Shown: one piece after another, positions 21,217 to 31,742 of the stretch
Layout of the letters: each line of letters opens with the position of its first letter
Numbering within the stretch: the stretch's first letter is position 1
From: a virus
Strand: one strand, 5' to 3'
Virus record (IMG/VR): IMGVR_UViG_3300042309_002578
Span: 1 to 64,000 of that record
Length of the DNA: 64,000 bases
Notes under the pieces: model-generated
What the model was told of the DNA's origin: nothing
What the model saw: only the letters and a program-made list of their open reading frames with translations
Database searches by the model: none
Made by a program: the position numbers and the translations under genes

Positions 21217-21735
21217 TTATTCCTTGCCCTTGTCGCGGGGTTCAATTACAAATACATCTTGTGGTACATCGCTCAAAAACTCCTCGATAATAGGTTTCAC
21301 ATCGCCCCATTTTAGCCCAGCTACACCGCACCCAAGGGCAGGGATAGATATTGATTTTAATTCGGGCATGGTTAGCAACACCCGTCTCAAATCCTCTAAG
21401 CCAATTTTTACAAGGTTCAATTTCCCTGCGTAATCTAGCTTATTGAATTCTTGAAATGTGCCGATTGTGGGGAGCGCGAAAATGTATTTGATGTTTGGGT
21501 TTCCTGCGGTTGGTTTCGCGGGTATTACACCGACAATCCCAGGCGCGATCGCCTTATCGGCGCACATTCTTTCGTAAACTTCGGTTTCTTTGGGAAACTT
21601 GATGGAAACAAAATATGCTATGCCTGAACCAGATATTCCCTGACAATTTACAGCGTTTACAATTGACTCAGTTTTTTCTAGGAAAAGGTCTGTACCAGCG
21701 GGTCTGTAATTAATCATTTTCTTTGTGTGTGTCAT
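21217..21735 (-). CDS. macrodomain protein (DarG/Appr-1-p processing-like)
   Basis: IVNAVNCQGISGSGIA, ISIPALGCGVAGLKW. Confidence 0.9.
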   Translation of the reverse strand: MTHTKKMINYRPAGTDLFLEKTESIVNAVNCQGISGSGIAYFVSIKFPKETEVYERMCADKAIAPGIVGVIPAKPTAGNPNIKYIFALPTIGTFQEFNKLDYAGKLNLVKIGLEDLRRVLLTMPELKSISIPALGCGVAGLKWGDVKPIIEEFLSDVPQDVFVIEPRDKGKE

Positions 21736-22010
21736 ACGTTTTTTTGTTTTTGCGTTTTTTGTTTATATAACTATATTAACTCAATATTAATATTTTGTCA
21801 AGCAATATTAAGTTAATATTTTGGTTTTTTCTTATCTAAAACAACGAAATTGTAATGCGAATAAACAGCGGAATAAAGGATTCGTCTATCTGCCCATTGA
21901 TTGCGGCGATCGCTATAGAGAACAGGTCTTCAGCGTTGTCGTGTAAATACTTCATAGATTGTTTTTATTGGCAGGGAAAATTTTTATTTGTATTCCCTGC
22001 TAATTGATAT

Positions 22011-22487
22011 TTAGATATTCGCCAGCATTTTGCCCACTGATTCGTATATATCCCATTTTGCCTGAGACATTATCGCTCTGTGTGAATTAGTTGGTCTACC
22101 TTCGCCTGGATTTAGCTCTGTTGCAGTTCTGAGGCTTTCAAAGCCGATGCGCTCGTTGGTTTTCAAGTCGTACTCTTTATACCAAATATTTTTGTGATCT
22201 AGGTCTGTCAAATCAATTTGGACGTAATAATCAGCGAACGCTCTGAGCAGGGTTTTATATATTTCTCTGCCATCAACGTCTTGGGTAACGTTTAGCCCAT
22301 TTGTTATTGCCTTTTGGGGCGTTGTTACGTATTCCCAACTAACTTTTATGTTTTCTCTTTTCGTGCCGTTTGTAATCAAAAATCTCGCAAACCAAGCCGC
22401 TTCGTCCGCTTCATTAAATGTCTTTTCAATCACTCCGCCAATTCTTACTACCGCTTTTTTGGTTTTTACTGTTGTTATAGTGGTCAT
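22011..22487 (-). CDS. hypothetical protein
   Basis: Downstream of promoter 22526-22554 and A/C-rich leader. Confidence 0.7.
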   Translation of the reverse strand: MTTITTVKTKKAVVRIGGVIEKTFNEADEAAWFARFLITNGTKRENIKVSWEYVTTPQKAITNGLNVTQDVDGREIYKTLLRAFADYYVQIDLTDLDHKNIWYKEYDLKTNERIGFESLRTATELNPGEGRPTNSHRAIMSQAKWDIYESVGKMLANI

Positions 22488-22618
22488 TGTATTTTTGTGT
22501 TTTTTGTGTTTTTGTTTATATGTCTATAATACTATGGTTAACAAAAAAAGTCAAGCGATTATTTAATAAAAATAATTTAATAATTGACAAATATAGTGTG
22601 CCGCAGTATTATAGATAT

Positions 22619-22729
22619 TAAGTTCTAGAGGTTGGGTTCAATCCCCAAGGGAGGATGGAACGCAAACACGAAATCGGAAACCCACTCGATAATCGCCCCT
22701 CGTCACAAGGTGAGACTAGCTAGGACTTA
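22619..22729 (+). ncRNA. circularly permuted tRNA-like (YrlA/Y-RNA-like) ncRNA
   Basis: TTGACA-17-TATTAT promoter at 22584-22612; 10-bp terminal stem; T-arm precedes D-arm; terminator at about 22767-22806. Confidence 0.6.
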
Positions 22730-22804
22730 TATTACCGATCTATTTTTAAAATTTTGACCTGTAAACAAAACAGCGATCGCACAGTGCTACGCGATCGCTG
22801 TTTT

Positions 22805-23728
22805 TTATGACATTAAATACATACAAGTGAAATCGTAGTTTGAAATTAAAAGCTCTCTGTTTGGGGTTATAAATTGCTTGTCCACATTATTAATTGAGTA
22901 GCGGATCTCAAATTCTTTTATATTCGCAAAACTAAATAAGTCTCTAATAGTTTTGCAATCATCACAAGTAAGAAGCCACTGATGTTGACATTTTTTCAAA
23001 TTCTCCGCCAGCAAGGCGTGGTCAAATAACAAATGTAGTAATCCGCCCTTACGCCCGTAAAGACGGCTATTTCTGTTTTTGTGGTATGGCGGATCTAAAA
23101 ATGTAAACACATCGCTGCCACCATCTAAAAGCATTTCGCTATAATCAACACAGGTAATCTGCGCTTCATTAAAAGTCCCAGACATCTGCGCTAATCGCTC
23201 GACGGACGAGTCCGTGAATCTTTTGTCAAATGCATATTGAGAATATCCGCCACACTCTATTGTTCCACTAAAAGTAGTCCTACTTAGAACAAAAAATCTA
23301 GCAGCGCGTTCCAGTGGTGTCAATTTCTCGATATCAATGAATCCGCTTTTTTGGGGATTAGAATACACCAAATCTATCCAAAGCGATCGCCCCTCTCTAT
23401 TATGTGAATCTTTTTTAATTCTGGCAACCAGATCAACAAGTGCAGGGAGATTTGATTGAACCTGTTGCCAAAAAAAATAAACCTCTTGGTTTAAATCGTT
23501 TACCCAAAATTTGTCACATTTTTGCTGCGATTTCACCTCAAGAAATACAGAACCACCACCTAAAAACGGCTCACGATATTCTTTATACTCCTTGGGGAAA
23601 CACTCTTTTAGGTACTTTATAACCCTCTGCTTTCCACCAGGATATCTTAGTGGGCTTTTTGAGCGTCTTTGATATTGAAAAAGATTTAAAACCTTTATTT
23701 TGGAATTGTCAACTTTTCGATTGTTCAT
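22805..23728 (-). CDS. D12-class DNA adenine methyltransferase
   Basis: SPLRYPGGK, YREPFLGGGSV, FLDPPY, ELLISNY. Confidence 0.92.
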   Translation of the reverse strand: MNNRKVDNSKIKVLNLFQYQRRSKSPLRYPGGKQRVIKYLKECFPKEYKEYREPFLGGGSVFLEVKSQQKCDKFWVNDLNQEVYFFWQQVQSNLPALVDLVARIKKDSHNREGRSLWIDLVYSNPQKSGFIDIEKLTPLERAARFFVLSRTTFSGTIECGGYSQYAFDKRFTDSSVERLAQMSGTFNEAQITCVDYSEMLLDGGSDVFTFLDPPYHKNRNSRLYGRKGGLLHLLFDHALLAENLKKCQHQWLLTCDDCKTIRDLFSFANIKEFEIRYSINNVDKQFITPNRELLISNYDFTCMYLMS

Positions 23729-23799
23729 ATCACAAGGTTAATTAAAAATAGGTGGCACGATGGGTGTGCCACCTAAAGAAATAAGTGTTAACAACACTA

Positions 23800-24222
23800 T
23801 TATATAACAGCTAGGCACATCTGCACAAATTTTGCCGGATTATTTTTGTGATGCTCATTAATAATTCTTGTTATAATATTTATTACCGCATCGCAAATAT
23901 CATCAAGTTCCTCTTCTACTAAAACGTCCGCTTCATCGCTAGTAATGCTGTCCTCGTCATCATTGTCATAGTAATATTTGTCAAAATCTATGTTGTAGAC
24001 AAATAAATCAGACTCTGTACAGACTGAAATACACCGATTATCAACATCTGGACTTATCTTTACGTCTGAGTTTTCTACTAGCAAAGTTTCATCATCAAAT
24101 TCATCACCAAATCCCAATTCTTGAAAATCACCAAGATACAGAAAACTAAGACTATCTTGCAGCGAGGAGGCAATTAAAAAATTCTCTGGCTTTAGCCAAT
24201 TCTTGTATATTTTCTCCATCAT
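23800..24222 (-). CDS. acidic hypothetical protein
   Basis: 140-aa ORF coupled to upstream gene. Confidence 0.65.
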   Translation of the reverse strand: MMEKIYKNWLKPENFLIASSLQDSLSFLYLGDFQELGFGDEFDDETLLVENSDVKISPDVDNRCISVCTESDLFVYNIDFDKYYYDNDDEDSITSDEADVLVEEELDDICDAVINIITRIINEHHKNNPAKFVQMCLAVI

Positions 24223-24935
24223 TATTCCGCCCCTTTTATCTGCTTATTTAAATTTATTTTATCCCCAGCATCAAAACCGTCCCTGTATGCGATCGCGGAA
24301 GCAGTATCTTTTATTTGTGGTTTGTTTTTCCTGCCTTTTTTTACTTTTTTACTTTCTAAATAAACCTCAATCTCAGCAGTATTTTTTTTGTGCAACGAAG
24401 ATACTACAATTGCAGAGACACTACAGTCGGGTCCAGAGTGTATACCGTTTTCTTCTTGTTGTTTTAATTCTTCTTGTAATCGTTGAGATATTCTAACTGC
24501 ACACCCAAGCATGAAATTTGTTTTGTATGTATGAGATTTGTCTACCGAAAGTCTAGCAAGCCTCTCTATTTCATTTCTTAGATAGGAATACAATATTTCG
24601 GCAACAATAGAGTTTGCTGGTTTACCAACAAAAAAAACACACTTTCTTTTTTCACCCAAAGGTTTAACGATTGGTACACAAAAATTTGATGACGCGATCG
24701 CAAACAGCAGTGCTTTCTTCCACATTGGGATATTCCCAAATGTCTCAACTTTATGTTCAATTACATTATTATCTTCGTTGTCAATATCAGAAAACGATAT
24801 GTTATGAAAAACTAAAAGTTCTTGGGCTTTTAAAGCTGCGTGAAGAGCCTCATTTTCATTTGGTGATTGTGAAAGCTTTAGTAACCTTTTAATTCTTGCT
24901 ACAATTTTGGATTTGTCTTGATTTGTTGTTGTCAT
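24222..24935 (-). CDS. DUF2786-domain protein
   Basis: IKRLLKLSQSPNENEA..A..KAQEL. Confidence 0.85.
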   Translation of the reverse strand: MTTTNQDKSKIVARIKRLLKLSQSPNENEALHAALKAQELLVFHNISFSDIDNEDNNVIEHKVETFGNIPMWKKALLFAIASSNFCVPIVKPLGEKRKCVFFVGKPANSIVAEILYSYLRNEIERLARLSVDKSHTYKTNFMLGCAVRISQRLQEELKQQEENGIHSGPDCSVSAIVVSSLHKKNTAEIEVYLESKKVKKGRKNKPQIKDTASAIAYRDGFDAGDKINLNKQIKGAE

Positions 24936-25067
24936 TTTTTGTGTTTTTTGTGTTTTCTGTCTTTCACAATATTAACTCAAAGTTGATAATAAAGTCAAGC
25001 TTTTATTTCATCAACTGCGCTCATATTTCTCTACATATCTGTAATAGGTTTAACGCCCAAATCTTCA

Positions 25068-25751
25068 TCAAGAACCAATTTTGCCAAGTATATTTATTTC
25101 CCAGTCCCTAATATTTACTGGGGTTAGTAAATCCTTGATCGTTACCATCAAAGCTGCTTGCACTTGCTTGTGAAAATCGCCAGCTAAATTATTGACATTT
25201 TCAACATTATCAAAATACCAAGTCCTGAAAGCCACAAACTCTACTTGACATTCATTCAAAAACTTGTCAGCCAGTTCTTTTGGTAGCTCAATGTCTGCAT
25301 CCACATAAATTTCTAAATTGTTTGATATTAGCCAAGATTTTAGATATTCTAATTCTTCAGGTGTGTTCTTCCAGCCATATTTAGGAAAAACTATTTTATT
25401 GTTTTCTTTGCACCAAGCATTGAATCTTTCCTCAAACTCATATCCAATTACTTTGCTCTCTTGATAGAGTTTTTTTCTAGTTTCGCTATCAACCCAGCAC
25501 TTAAACGGATAGCTTTCATGATGTGGGAACACCGCTAATGCTACCGATTCTAATGGTGTTGATAAACAATAAACAGCCAAATCTTTATATTCATCTCTTT
25601 TCTCTGGAGAATCCCCAAACCTGCGATACAAATAAGCAAATGCTTCACCATAATTTAAGTTGCGGTTATAGGCGATCGCTGCTGTGATATCTTCGGGAAT
25701 TTCTGGCGAATAATATGTTTGATTCTCGTCAAATTTGAAAAATGTTGTCAT
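25068..25751 (-). CDS. hypothetical protein
   Basis: 227-aa ORF; start codon abuts an IS-end remnant. Confidence 0.7.
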   Translation of the reverse strand: MTTFFKFDENQTYYSPEIPEDITAAIAYNRNLNYGEAFAYLYRRFGDSPEKRDEYKDLAVYCLSTPLESVALAVFPHHESYPFKCWVDSETRKKLYQESKVIGYEFEERFNAWCKENNKIVFPKYGWKNTPEELEYLKSWLISNNLEIYVDADIELPKELADKFLNECQVEFVAFRTWYFDNVENVNNLAGDFHKQVQAALMVTIKDLLTPVNIRDWEINILGKIGS

Positions 25752-25846
25752 AAGACCTCGCGGTAAGTGGGAAATTCAAACACTTTAGTGTTGAGAGGGA
25801 AGCGACACAGTAACTCAGTCCTTTTAGGGCTGAGTTACTGTGTCGC
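25748..25846 (+). mobile_element. IS200/IS605-like end remnant with hairpin
   Basis: TCATAAGACCTCGCGGTAAGTGGGAAA...GAGAGGGAAGCGACAC followed by the GACACAGTAACTCAG..CTGAGTTACTGTGTC hairpin. Confidence 0.55.
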
Positions 25847-26189
25847 CACAATCCAGTATATTTATTGGCAAATCTATTCTTAAATCTGAGATGTACTTTG
25901 GCGAGACAAAGGCCATCACCATTCGCAAATGGCTTGTTAGGTAGAAGCAATCAAGTTCAGCTTGCAGCCTTTCCCAGCACTGGGTAATATTAGTCCGAAA
26001 CTCGCCTATTGACAATTGTGTCGAAGTCTTAATAGATAGATTTTCGGCGGACGACAAATTTACAAATACTCCCACAACATCCCCGTAGAAAGTAGGCAAG
26101 ATGATAATGTTGCCAAGTTGAACCTGTCTTCTGAATTTAGGCAGACTATTCCTGATTTCTGATAACGGTATTGTCTTAATTTTCTGCAT
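25824..26189 (-). CDS. tandem Phd/YefM-like domain protein
   Basis: Two repeats: IPLSEIRNSL...ILPTFYG..VGVFV and LSIGEFRTNI...YLTSH..VMAFVS. Confidence 0.55.
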   Translation of the reverse strand: MQKIKTIPLSEIRNSLPKFRRQVQLGNIIILPTFYGDVVGVFVNLSSAENLSIKTSTQLSIGEFRTNITQCWERLQAELDCFYLTSHLRMVMAFVSPKYISDLRIDLPINILDCGDTVTQP

Positions 26190-26399
26190 AATACTATTTT
26201 CTTTTGTCTCTAACAGTATAGCATTGTTTTACATATTGTCAAAAAGTTGTGTCGGGGTGTTCGCTCGTCGTTGGCGCATAATTTGACGGCTTTATAGTTT
26301 ACCCAACTTGGGGGCGATCGCCTCACACACCCCAAAACTGGGGCGATAGCTTCACGGAACGATGGTTTTGTACTACATGATTGGCGACAGCTATTTATC

Positions 26400-26545
26400 A
26401 AAAAAATAAAATAAAGTTGGGAAGATGATCACTTTCTTATAGGAAACTGCCCTTTTTTCTTTGCATCTTCCCTTTACTTTTGACACGCCTTATGTTATAA
26501 TCCGCCACAGATTTTTTAACGAGAGAATAGGGGTTTCAGCCTCTT
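26400..26545 (-). repeat. dispersed repeat module copy B (core only, inverted), just downstream of rep
   Basis: Reverse complement of the core at about 54125-54255. Confidence 0.9.
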
Positions 26546-26731
26546 ATGTGCGACTAGTCTAAAACTACAAATGTATTACATTGCTTTTGCTTGTGCCTAA
26601 ACAAGCACACAAAATGAAAAAATCGAGGTTTTTGCTATAATTCTGCCAAAAATTCCCACCAAAATAGACACAGACGTTAAATCTGTGTCTATTTTGGTTA
26701 GTTTTGCCAGCGGTTGATCAATATCAACCGC

Positions 26732-29700
26732 TTAAGCAATTGGGACTTTTTCGTTCTCTATTATCGTCACTTTCTCGTCAGGCTTCGCTAGATTTTTGTT
26801 ACCCCAGGTAATGATATCTTTCAGATAGTTCGCTGATGTCGTGCCGTAGAAGCTGTTGGGTATGGAAACTAGTGCAGAAACTACCGCTGGCATTGATTGT
26901 TGGAGTATGGCGTAAATGCTGTATTGATCTTGCCATACCACCTCTAAAGCCTTAAATACCTCGTATGGATAAGTGTATTTGTAGTCTTTGTCCGGCTCTT
27001 TTGCGGGTTCAACCTCTAGGTTGAACACCGTCGCTCCCTTCTCAATAATTGTGTCGGGTATTGTTTGTACTTTGATATCGCTATACTTGACCTTGAGGCA
27101 ATCTTGGCAAGCTTGGTGATATGGGCTGAAAGATTGCAGATCAATCGAGTATTTAAATCCGCTTGATTTCTTGGATTTGACTTTTAGCCCCAGCCATTGA
27201 ATAATTTTTATGATTTGTTTTGTGGCTGCCGATGCGGGGTTTTTTGATTTTGCTGTTTTCTTGATTGGGAATTGCTTACCAAAAATTTCTAAATTTTTGT
27301 TGAAAAATATCAAGAAATCAAATACTTTTTGTGCTACTGGGTCATTGCTTTTATTAATAAATTTTGTGCCATTAAAATCATCAAACCATTCATTTTTTAC
27401 ATACCAATTGTTATCTGGATTTAAAAACCAAGAGATGTTGCTTTCCTGTAAGAGCCTGATTTGTGTATATTGATTGTTTACATCAAATGTCACGCTTTCG
27501 TATTTGTTGCTAAATATTGCATAGGAAACGTTGTTTTTATGTCTATTCAATTCATACTTCATCAAGGCATCTTGGTTGTTGAAGAGGTAGAATCTATTTT
27601 GCCCTCTTAAAAATGCCCTGTCGCCATATTTTACGTGATAGACAAAATCTGCATCCCATATAGATTTGTCTGTAATACCTGGAACTATGAAGTTGATGCC
27701 AGTTTTCTCAAGATTGTATCTTGTCGCGCTTGATATATTTATTTTTGCCGATTCCAGATCATATTGTTTGGAGTCTAGCACCTCTGCTTGTGCTATATTT
27801 GCGGATTCTTCTTTTTTGAAATTATCAGAAGCCTCTTTATTGAGTTCTGTAGCTTGCTTGGACTCTAAAAGTGCTACCTCTAAAATTTTATGTCCAGAGC
27901 TTTTTAGAATGTTTAACAAGCACCCGCGAGGTTCACTTTTCTCATATTTAATTTTTAAAATTAAATCGGAGCATAATGTTGAGTGAATCTCTTCAAAAGT
28001 GCTTGTTTCAACAACTTTTTTTGAAGCTTCAACAAGCATTTGTACTTCGTTGATTGGTGTCCCTTGAAGTTCAGCATCCTTTCGCATCTGAATTAAGTAT
28101 GCTTTTTGTTGCGTCAGGAATATGTTTCTATACTCTTTGGTTGAGCATCCTGTGTACTCGTAGTCTGTACCCATTGGGTGTGGGTACAGCCAAACTGTTC
28201 GTGGGCATTCTGGGTCACGCAATCGAGCGATCATTTGCGATTGTCCAAATGTACCAATTACGTTAAAGAATAGGCAGTATTGGTGAGTGAAGTAGTTAGG
28301 TATGCGTTTGTGGATAGAGATGTCTATCCCTGCCTCTGCTGTTGGGGTGTAAATCAGGTATTCGAGTTTGTATTTTTCAATAAACCCGTCTACATCTTTG
28401 ATGAAGTTTTGCACCGATGACTCTGGATCGGCAGCGCATAAAAGCCAGTTTTCCCTGTAGCTGATGCTGTTTACAACAAGCCCGAATCTTCCCTGGTCTT
28501 TTAGCCTTTGGTTTAGGGACATTGATTGGTTTAAGCTATCTGTTGCAATACAGATATTACCAATTGAGTTGTTGATTGCATTTAGAACAGGTGAGCGATC
28601 GCGCACCTTTATTTTAATTTTCTCGCCGTTTTCACTCGTGCCAGCGTTTATTTCTTCTTGGGTGTAATAGTCGCTGGCTATGTCGTCGTAAGATCCATTA
28701 ACAAAAGTGATATCAAACTTTCTTCCTTGAAAGTTATTTTTGTATTTGATTATTTTTTTCTCTGGCGCGAGTTGATGTACATAGTCAGCAAGGCTGTCTG
28801 TTAAGTGACCATCCATGAAGATTGCGGCAGCACATTTTTTAAGAGATTCCTTGAAAAATTCAAGCAGCCTAACTCTGCCTTTCTCTAGGCTTTTCTTGGT
28901 CATCATCTCCTGTATCGTGCTGAACGACTCATCCACGATTATGATTTTGCCGTCAAGATTTGGTAGGGAAACCTTGTGTAAAGAGTCAATGCAGAATGCC
29001 ATGCCCTGGAAAACTTGTGTGTCATTTTGGTATTTGAAGCCGCTTTCGTTCCCGTGTGAGCATTCAATGCCTCTTTTTTTGCACTGTTCGATGAATTGCT
29101 CACAAAGGGAATTTCTGAAGGTGACGTAGAGGAATGGCGCATCCATTTCTTTGAGCATTTCTAAAGCCCACCAAGTTTTCCCTGTCCCTAATCCAGAATT
29201 AATTGTGTAGATGCTGTTTGCCTCTATTTTGCGATCAATGCTTACGTATGGATCGTTGAACTCATGGGTTGGTGTGTACTCAATTCTGCGCTTCCAGGTA
29301 TTGAATTTTTTCTTGTCAGATATGTCAAAGTTTACGGCATTGTTTTCTGCCGTATTTTTTCCTTTTTGTTCTTCATGGCAAGATGATTCACTCTCATCAT
29401 CTTGCCTTGGGGTAAAATTTCTGTCTTCCTCAAATTCTGATCCGAATGCAAAATCGTCAATAATTGATTGATCAAATACTGGCAATTCAATGTTGTCTGG
29501 TTTTTCCGCAGCAAAGATTGGTTTTTTTCTTTGGGTGAGGTTTTTGTAATTTTCCCACCATTTCGCCTTGTTTTTTGTTCCGTTTACGCCATCTATAAGT
29601 TCCTGTAGGCTTTCTCTTGCCTCTGATTCTTTTACAAAATTAGTTTTAAAATCTTTTTTGGGTCTTTTGGCGATAATTTCTTCTGAATACGCCAAATCTA

Positions 29701-30913
29701 TCCATTGATCCCATGTTAGATATTGGATTTTTTCAAAGTCTGGCTTACTGTGACCAAATCCTGGATGGAATCCGTCAAGCTCGTCAATGTCAGAAAATTG
29801 TGGACCACTTTGTAAAAATTTGCTTTCAGTTTTCGCAATTTGACCCCACCATGCGATTTTAAAGTCAATCCCCTCATTCTCAAGTAATTGTCTGACCCGA
29901 TTGTAGATCGTGATCACATTAGAATTTATAATCGCCCCTGCATCAGCATACAAAACAACATTTCTTGTGTTAAAGTAGTTGATAGCTGCAAAAAGTTGTT
30001 CTGGTGAGGAGTACCACGATCCGCCAGGAGAACCTACAATGGCCTGCTCAAATCTGTATGCTGCTATATCTGGCTTTAATACACCTTCTGCCAGATATAG
30101 CATTTCAACATCTTTAAGGTTGTGCGGATTTGCGATATGAAGAGGTTTTTCACCATTCTCTGGTAAATGTATGCTTGGATAAAACAGACGCTTATTTTCA
30201 GCGCCTGTTTTAAGTGTTTGTGGGTATCCCGACCATAGGTACTTGCCGAAGTCTTCGCCACTTTTATTTTTGTCTTTCTGTGTTTCGGTATTGCGAATTT
30301 GAAATGCGACGATGTTTTGATCTAGGTCGCGTACAGGAAGGAGAATCCCCCTCCCGCCATAATTTATTACCGTTTCTCCCAGGTAGTTTACAAAAATACC
30401 AGGAGTTTTTGGGGATATAGATGGATCTACGGCTTCAAATTTGCCAACCGATCTGTATCCATTGATTTCTATTTGTTCGTGTAAAAAACCTCTTGTTCCG
30501 TTTAGGTGTCCTTTATGTATGTCACTTATGCTCATTGATTTGAGCATTTTTGCGTACTCAATGTGCCTCTGTTTTGGGCTTAATTGTTGTGAAATTCTGT
30601 TTTTATGATATTCCTCAGCAAGAAATGCTTCTTTTTCTGCTACTTCTCGCGCTTTTTGGCGTTCCTCTTGGGAGATTGTTGGAATATATTCTTCTGTGTT
30701 TTTGTATTGATTTTGTTCGCCATCAATATCTATCGGACTATACATATAGAAGCCGATGGATGAAAGACCGAGATTTTTGTAGTTTGGTAGCTCAATATTT
30801 TCTCTGCAGTGATATTGGATTACTTGCGAAAGTGAATCGCTTAAAGTGGAGCAGCGTTTTTTTCTTCCGTTGCATATTGGGCAGTTTTTGCCGATGCTAG
30901 TAAAGTTCCCCAT
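26732..30913 (-). CDS. CyRepA1-like plasmid replication primase-helicase
   Basis: N-terminal CPICNG..C Zn finger; LAEGVLKPDIAA and YADAG (DUF3854/Toprim-like); SGLGTGKT, IIVDE, YTPTAEAGIDI and QMIARLR helicase motifs. Confidence 0.85.
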   Translation of the reverse strand: MGNFTSIGKNCPICNGRKKRCSTLSDSLSQVIQYHCRENIELPNYKNLGLSSIGFYMYSPIDIDGEQNQYKNTEEYIPTISQEERQKAREVAEKEAFLAEEYHKNRISQQLSPKQRHIEYAKMLKSMSISDIHKGHLNGTRGFLHEQIEINGYRSVGKFEAVDPSISPKTPGIFVNYLGETVINYGGRGILLPVRDLDQNIVAFQIRNTETQKDKNKSGEDFGKYLWSGYPQTLKTGAENKRLFYPSIHLPENGEKPLHIANPHNLKDVEMLYLAEGVLKPDIAAYRFEQAIVGSPGGSWYSSPEQLFAAINYFNTRNVVLYADAGAIINSNVITIYNRVRQLLENEGIDFKIAWWGQIAKTESKFLQSGPQFSDIDELDGFHPGFGHSKPDFEKIQYLTWDQWIDLAYSEEIIAKRPKKDFKTNFVKESEARESLQELIDGVNGTKNKAKWWENYKNLTQRKKPIFAAEKPDNIELPVFDQSIIDDFAFGSEFEEDRNFTPRQDDESESSCHEEQKGKNTAENNAVNFDISDKKKFNTWKRRIEYTPTHEFNDPYVSIDRKIEANSIYTINSGLGTGKTWWALEMLKEMDAPFLYVTFRNSLCEQFIEQCKKRGIECSHGNESGFKYQNDTQVFQGMAFCIDSLHKVSLPNLDGKIIIVDESFSTIQEMMTKKSLEKGRVRLLEFFKESLKKCAAAIFMDGHLTDSLADYVHQLAPEKKIIKYKNNFQGRKFDITFVNGSYDDIASDYYTQEEINAGTSENGEKIKIKVRDRSPVLNAINNSIGNICIATDSLNQSMSLNQRLKDQGRFGLVVNSISYRENWLLCAADPESSVQNFIKDVDGFIEKYKLEYLIYTPTAEAGIDISIHKRIPNYFTHQYCLFFNVIGTFGQSQMIARLRDPECPRTVWLYPHPMGTDYEYTGCSTKEYRNIFLTQQKAYLIQMRKDAELQGTPINEVQMLVEASKKVVETSTFEEIHSTLCSDLILKIKYEKSEPRGCLLNILKSSGHKILEVALLESKQATELNKEASDNFKKEESANIAQAEVLDSKQYDLESAKINISSATRYNLEKTGINFIVPGITDKSIWDADFVYHVKYGDRAFLRGQNRFYLFNNQDALMKYELNRHKNNVSYAIFSNKYESVTFDVNNQYTQIRLLQESNISWFLNPDNNWYVKNEWFDDFNGTKFINKSNDPVAQKVFDFLIFFNKNLEIFGKQFPIKKTAKSKNPASAATKQIIKIIQWLGLKVKSKKSSGFKYSIDLQSFSPYHQACQDCLKVKYSDIKVQTIPDTIIEKGATVFNLEVEPAKEPDKDYKYTYPYEVFKALEVVWQDQYSIYAILQQSMPAVVSALVSIPNSFYGTTSANYLKDIITWGNKNLAKPDEKVTIIENEKVPIA

Positions 30914-31272
30914 ATTTTTCTACTTTTTTTGTGCTTTGTGTTTTTTGATGTTTGTAGCGTTTAGCAAAATTTAATAATGGTGATGAGATTTACTGATGGT
31001 GTGTAGTTGTGCTTTTCATGTTTGTTTCTTTTTTTTGTGTTTTTGCTTTGAATGTTCTGCTGTATAAAACCATATTCATGTTTATTTTATATAACAACTC
31101 TATTAAACCACACTTTTGGGCAAAATAGTCAATGTAATACAATGATTACAAAGTAATTTTTTGAAATTGTTTTATAGGCGGGCTTCAGCGATTACCGATA
31201 TTAACTTGATATATATGCTATTATTATTATTGACTAAAACAATATCGCATTAATGTTGCGAACTCTATCAGT

Positions 31273-31656
31273 ATGCCAAGAAAGAAAAAGTTAGGCGTGG
31301 GCAAGGTTTCTAAATCGCGTATAATTTCAAACGTTGCAAAAAATACGAAACTACCTCAAACTACAGTTAAGCTAGTTTTTGATGAAATTTTTAGTGCATT
31401 TATTGCGGAGTTGTCCGCAGGAAATACAGTTACTATTCATGGGTTTGGAAGTTTTGATCATAAATTTACCGAGGGTAAAGTCTGTAAAAATCCAAAAACC
31501 CAAGAGAAAGTTAATGTCCCTCAAAAAATAGTCCCATATTTCGCTCCTGGCCGCAATTTGTCGGCTGCTTTTGAGGAAAATAGGGAGATTTTACTATCAC
31601 TTTTAGCATCTAAGCCAGATTCATACAAACAAGACGAAGAACTAGAGCTTAATTAA
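31273..31656 (+). CDS. hup: HU/IHF-family DNA-binding protein
   Basis: VTIHGFGSF, KNPKTQEKVNVP, PYFAPG. Confidence 0.92.
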   Translation: MPRKKKLGVGKVSKSRIISNVAKNTKLPQTTVKLVFDEIFSAFIAELSAGNTVTIHGFGSFDHKFTEGKVCKNPKTQEKVNVPQKIVPYFAPGRNLSAAFEENREILLSLLASKPDSYKQDEELELN

Positions 31657-31742
31657 GAATAGCTAATGTCAACGTTTGAAGATAAAATTAACAAAACAAA
31701 ATATTCTACACAGCCCAGACAAAGGCACTGTGTAGAATAGCT

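Noticed and set aside
22596-22660. Cobalamin riboswitch (TGTGCCGCAG-like words)
   Set aside because: The word lies in the promoter spacer, motif order is wrong and no gene follows on that strand
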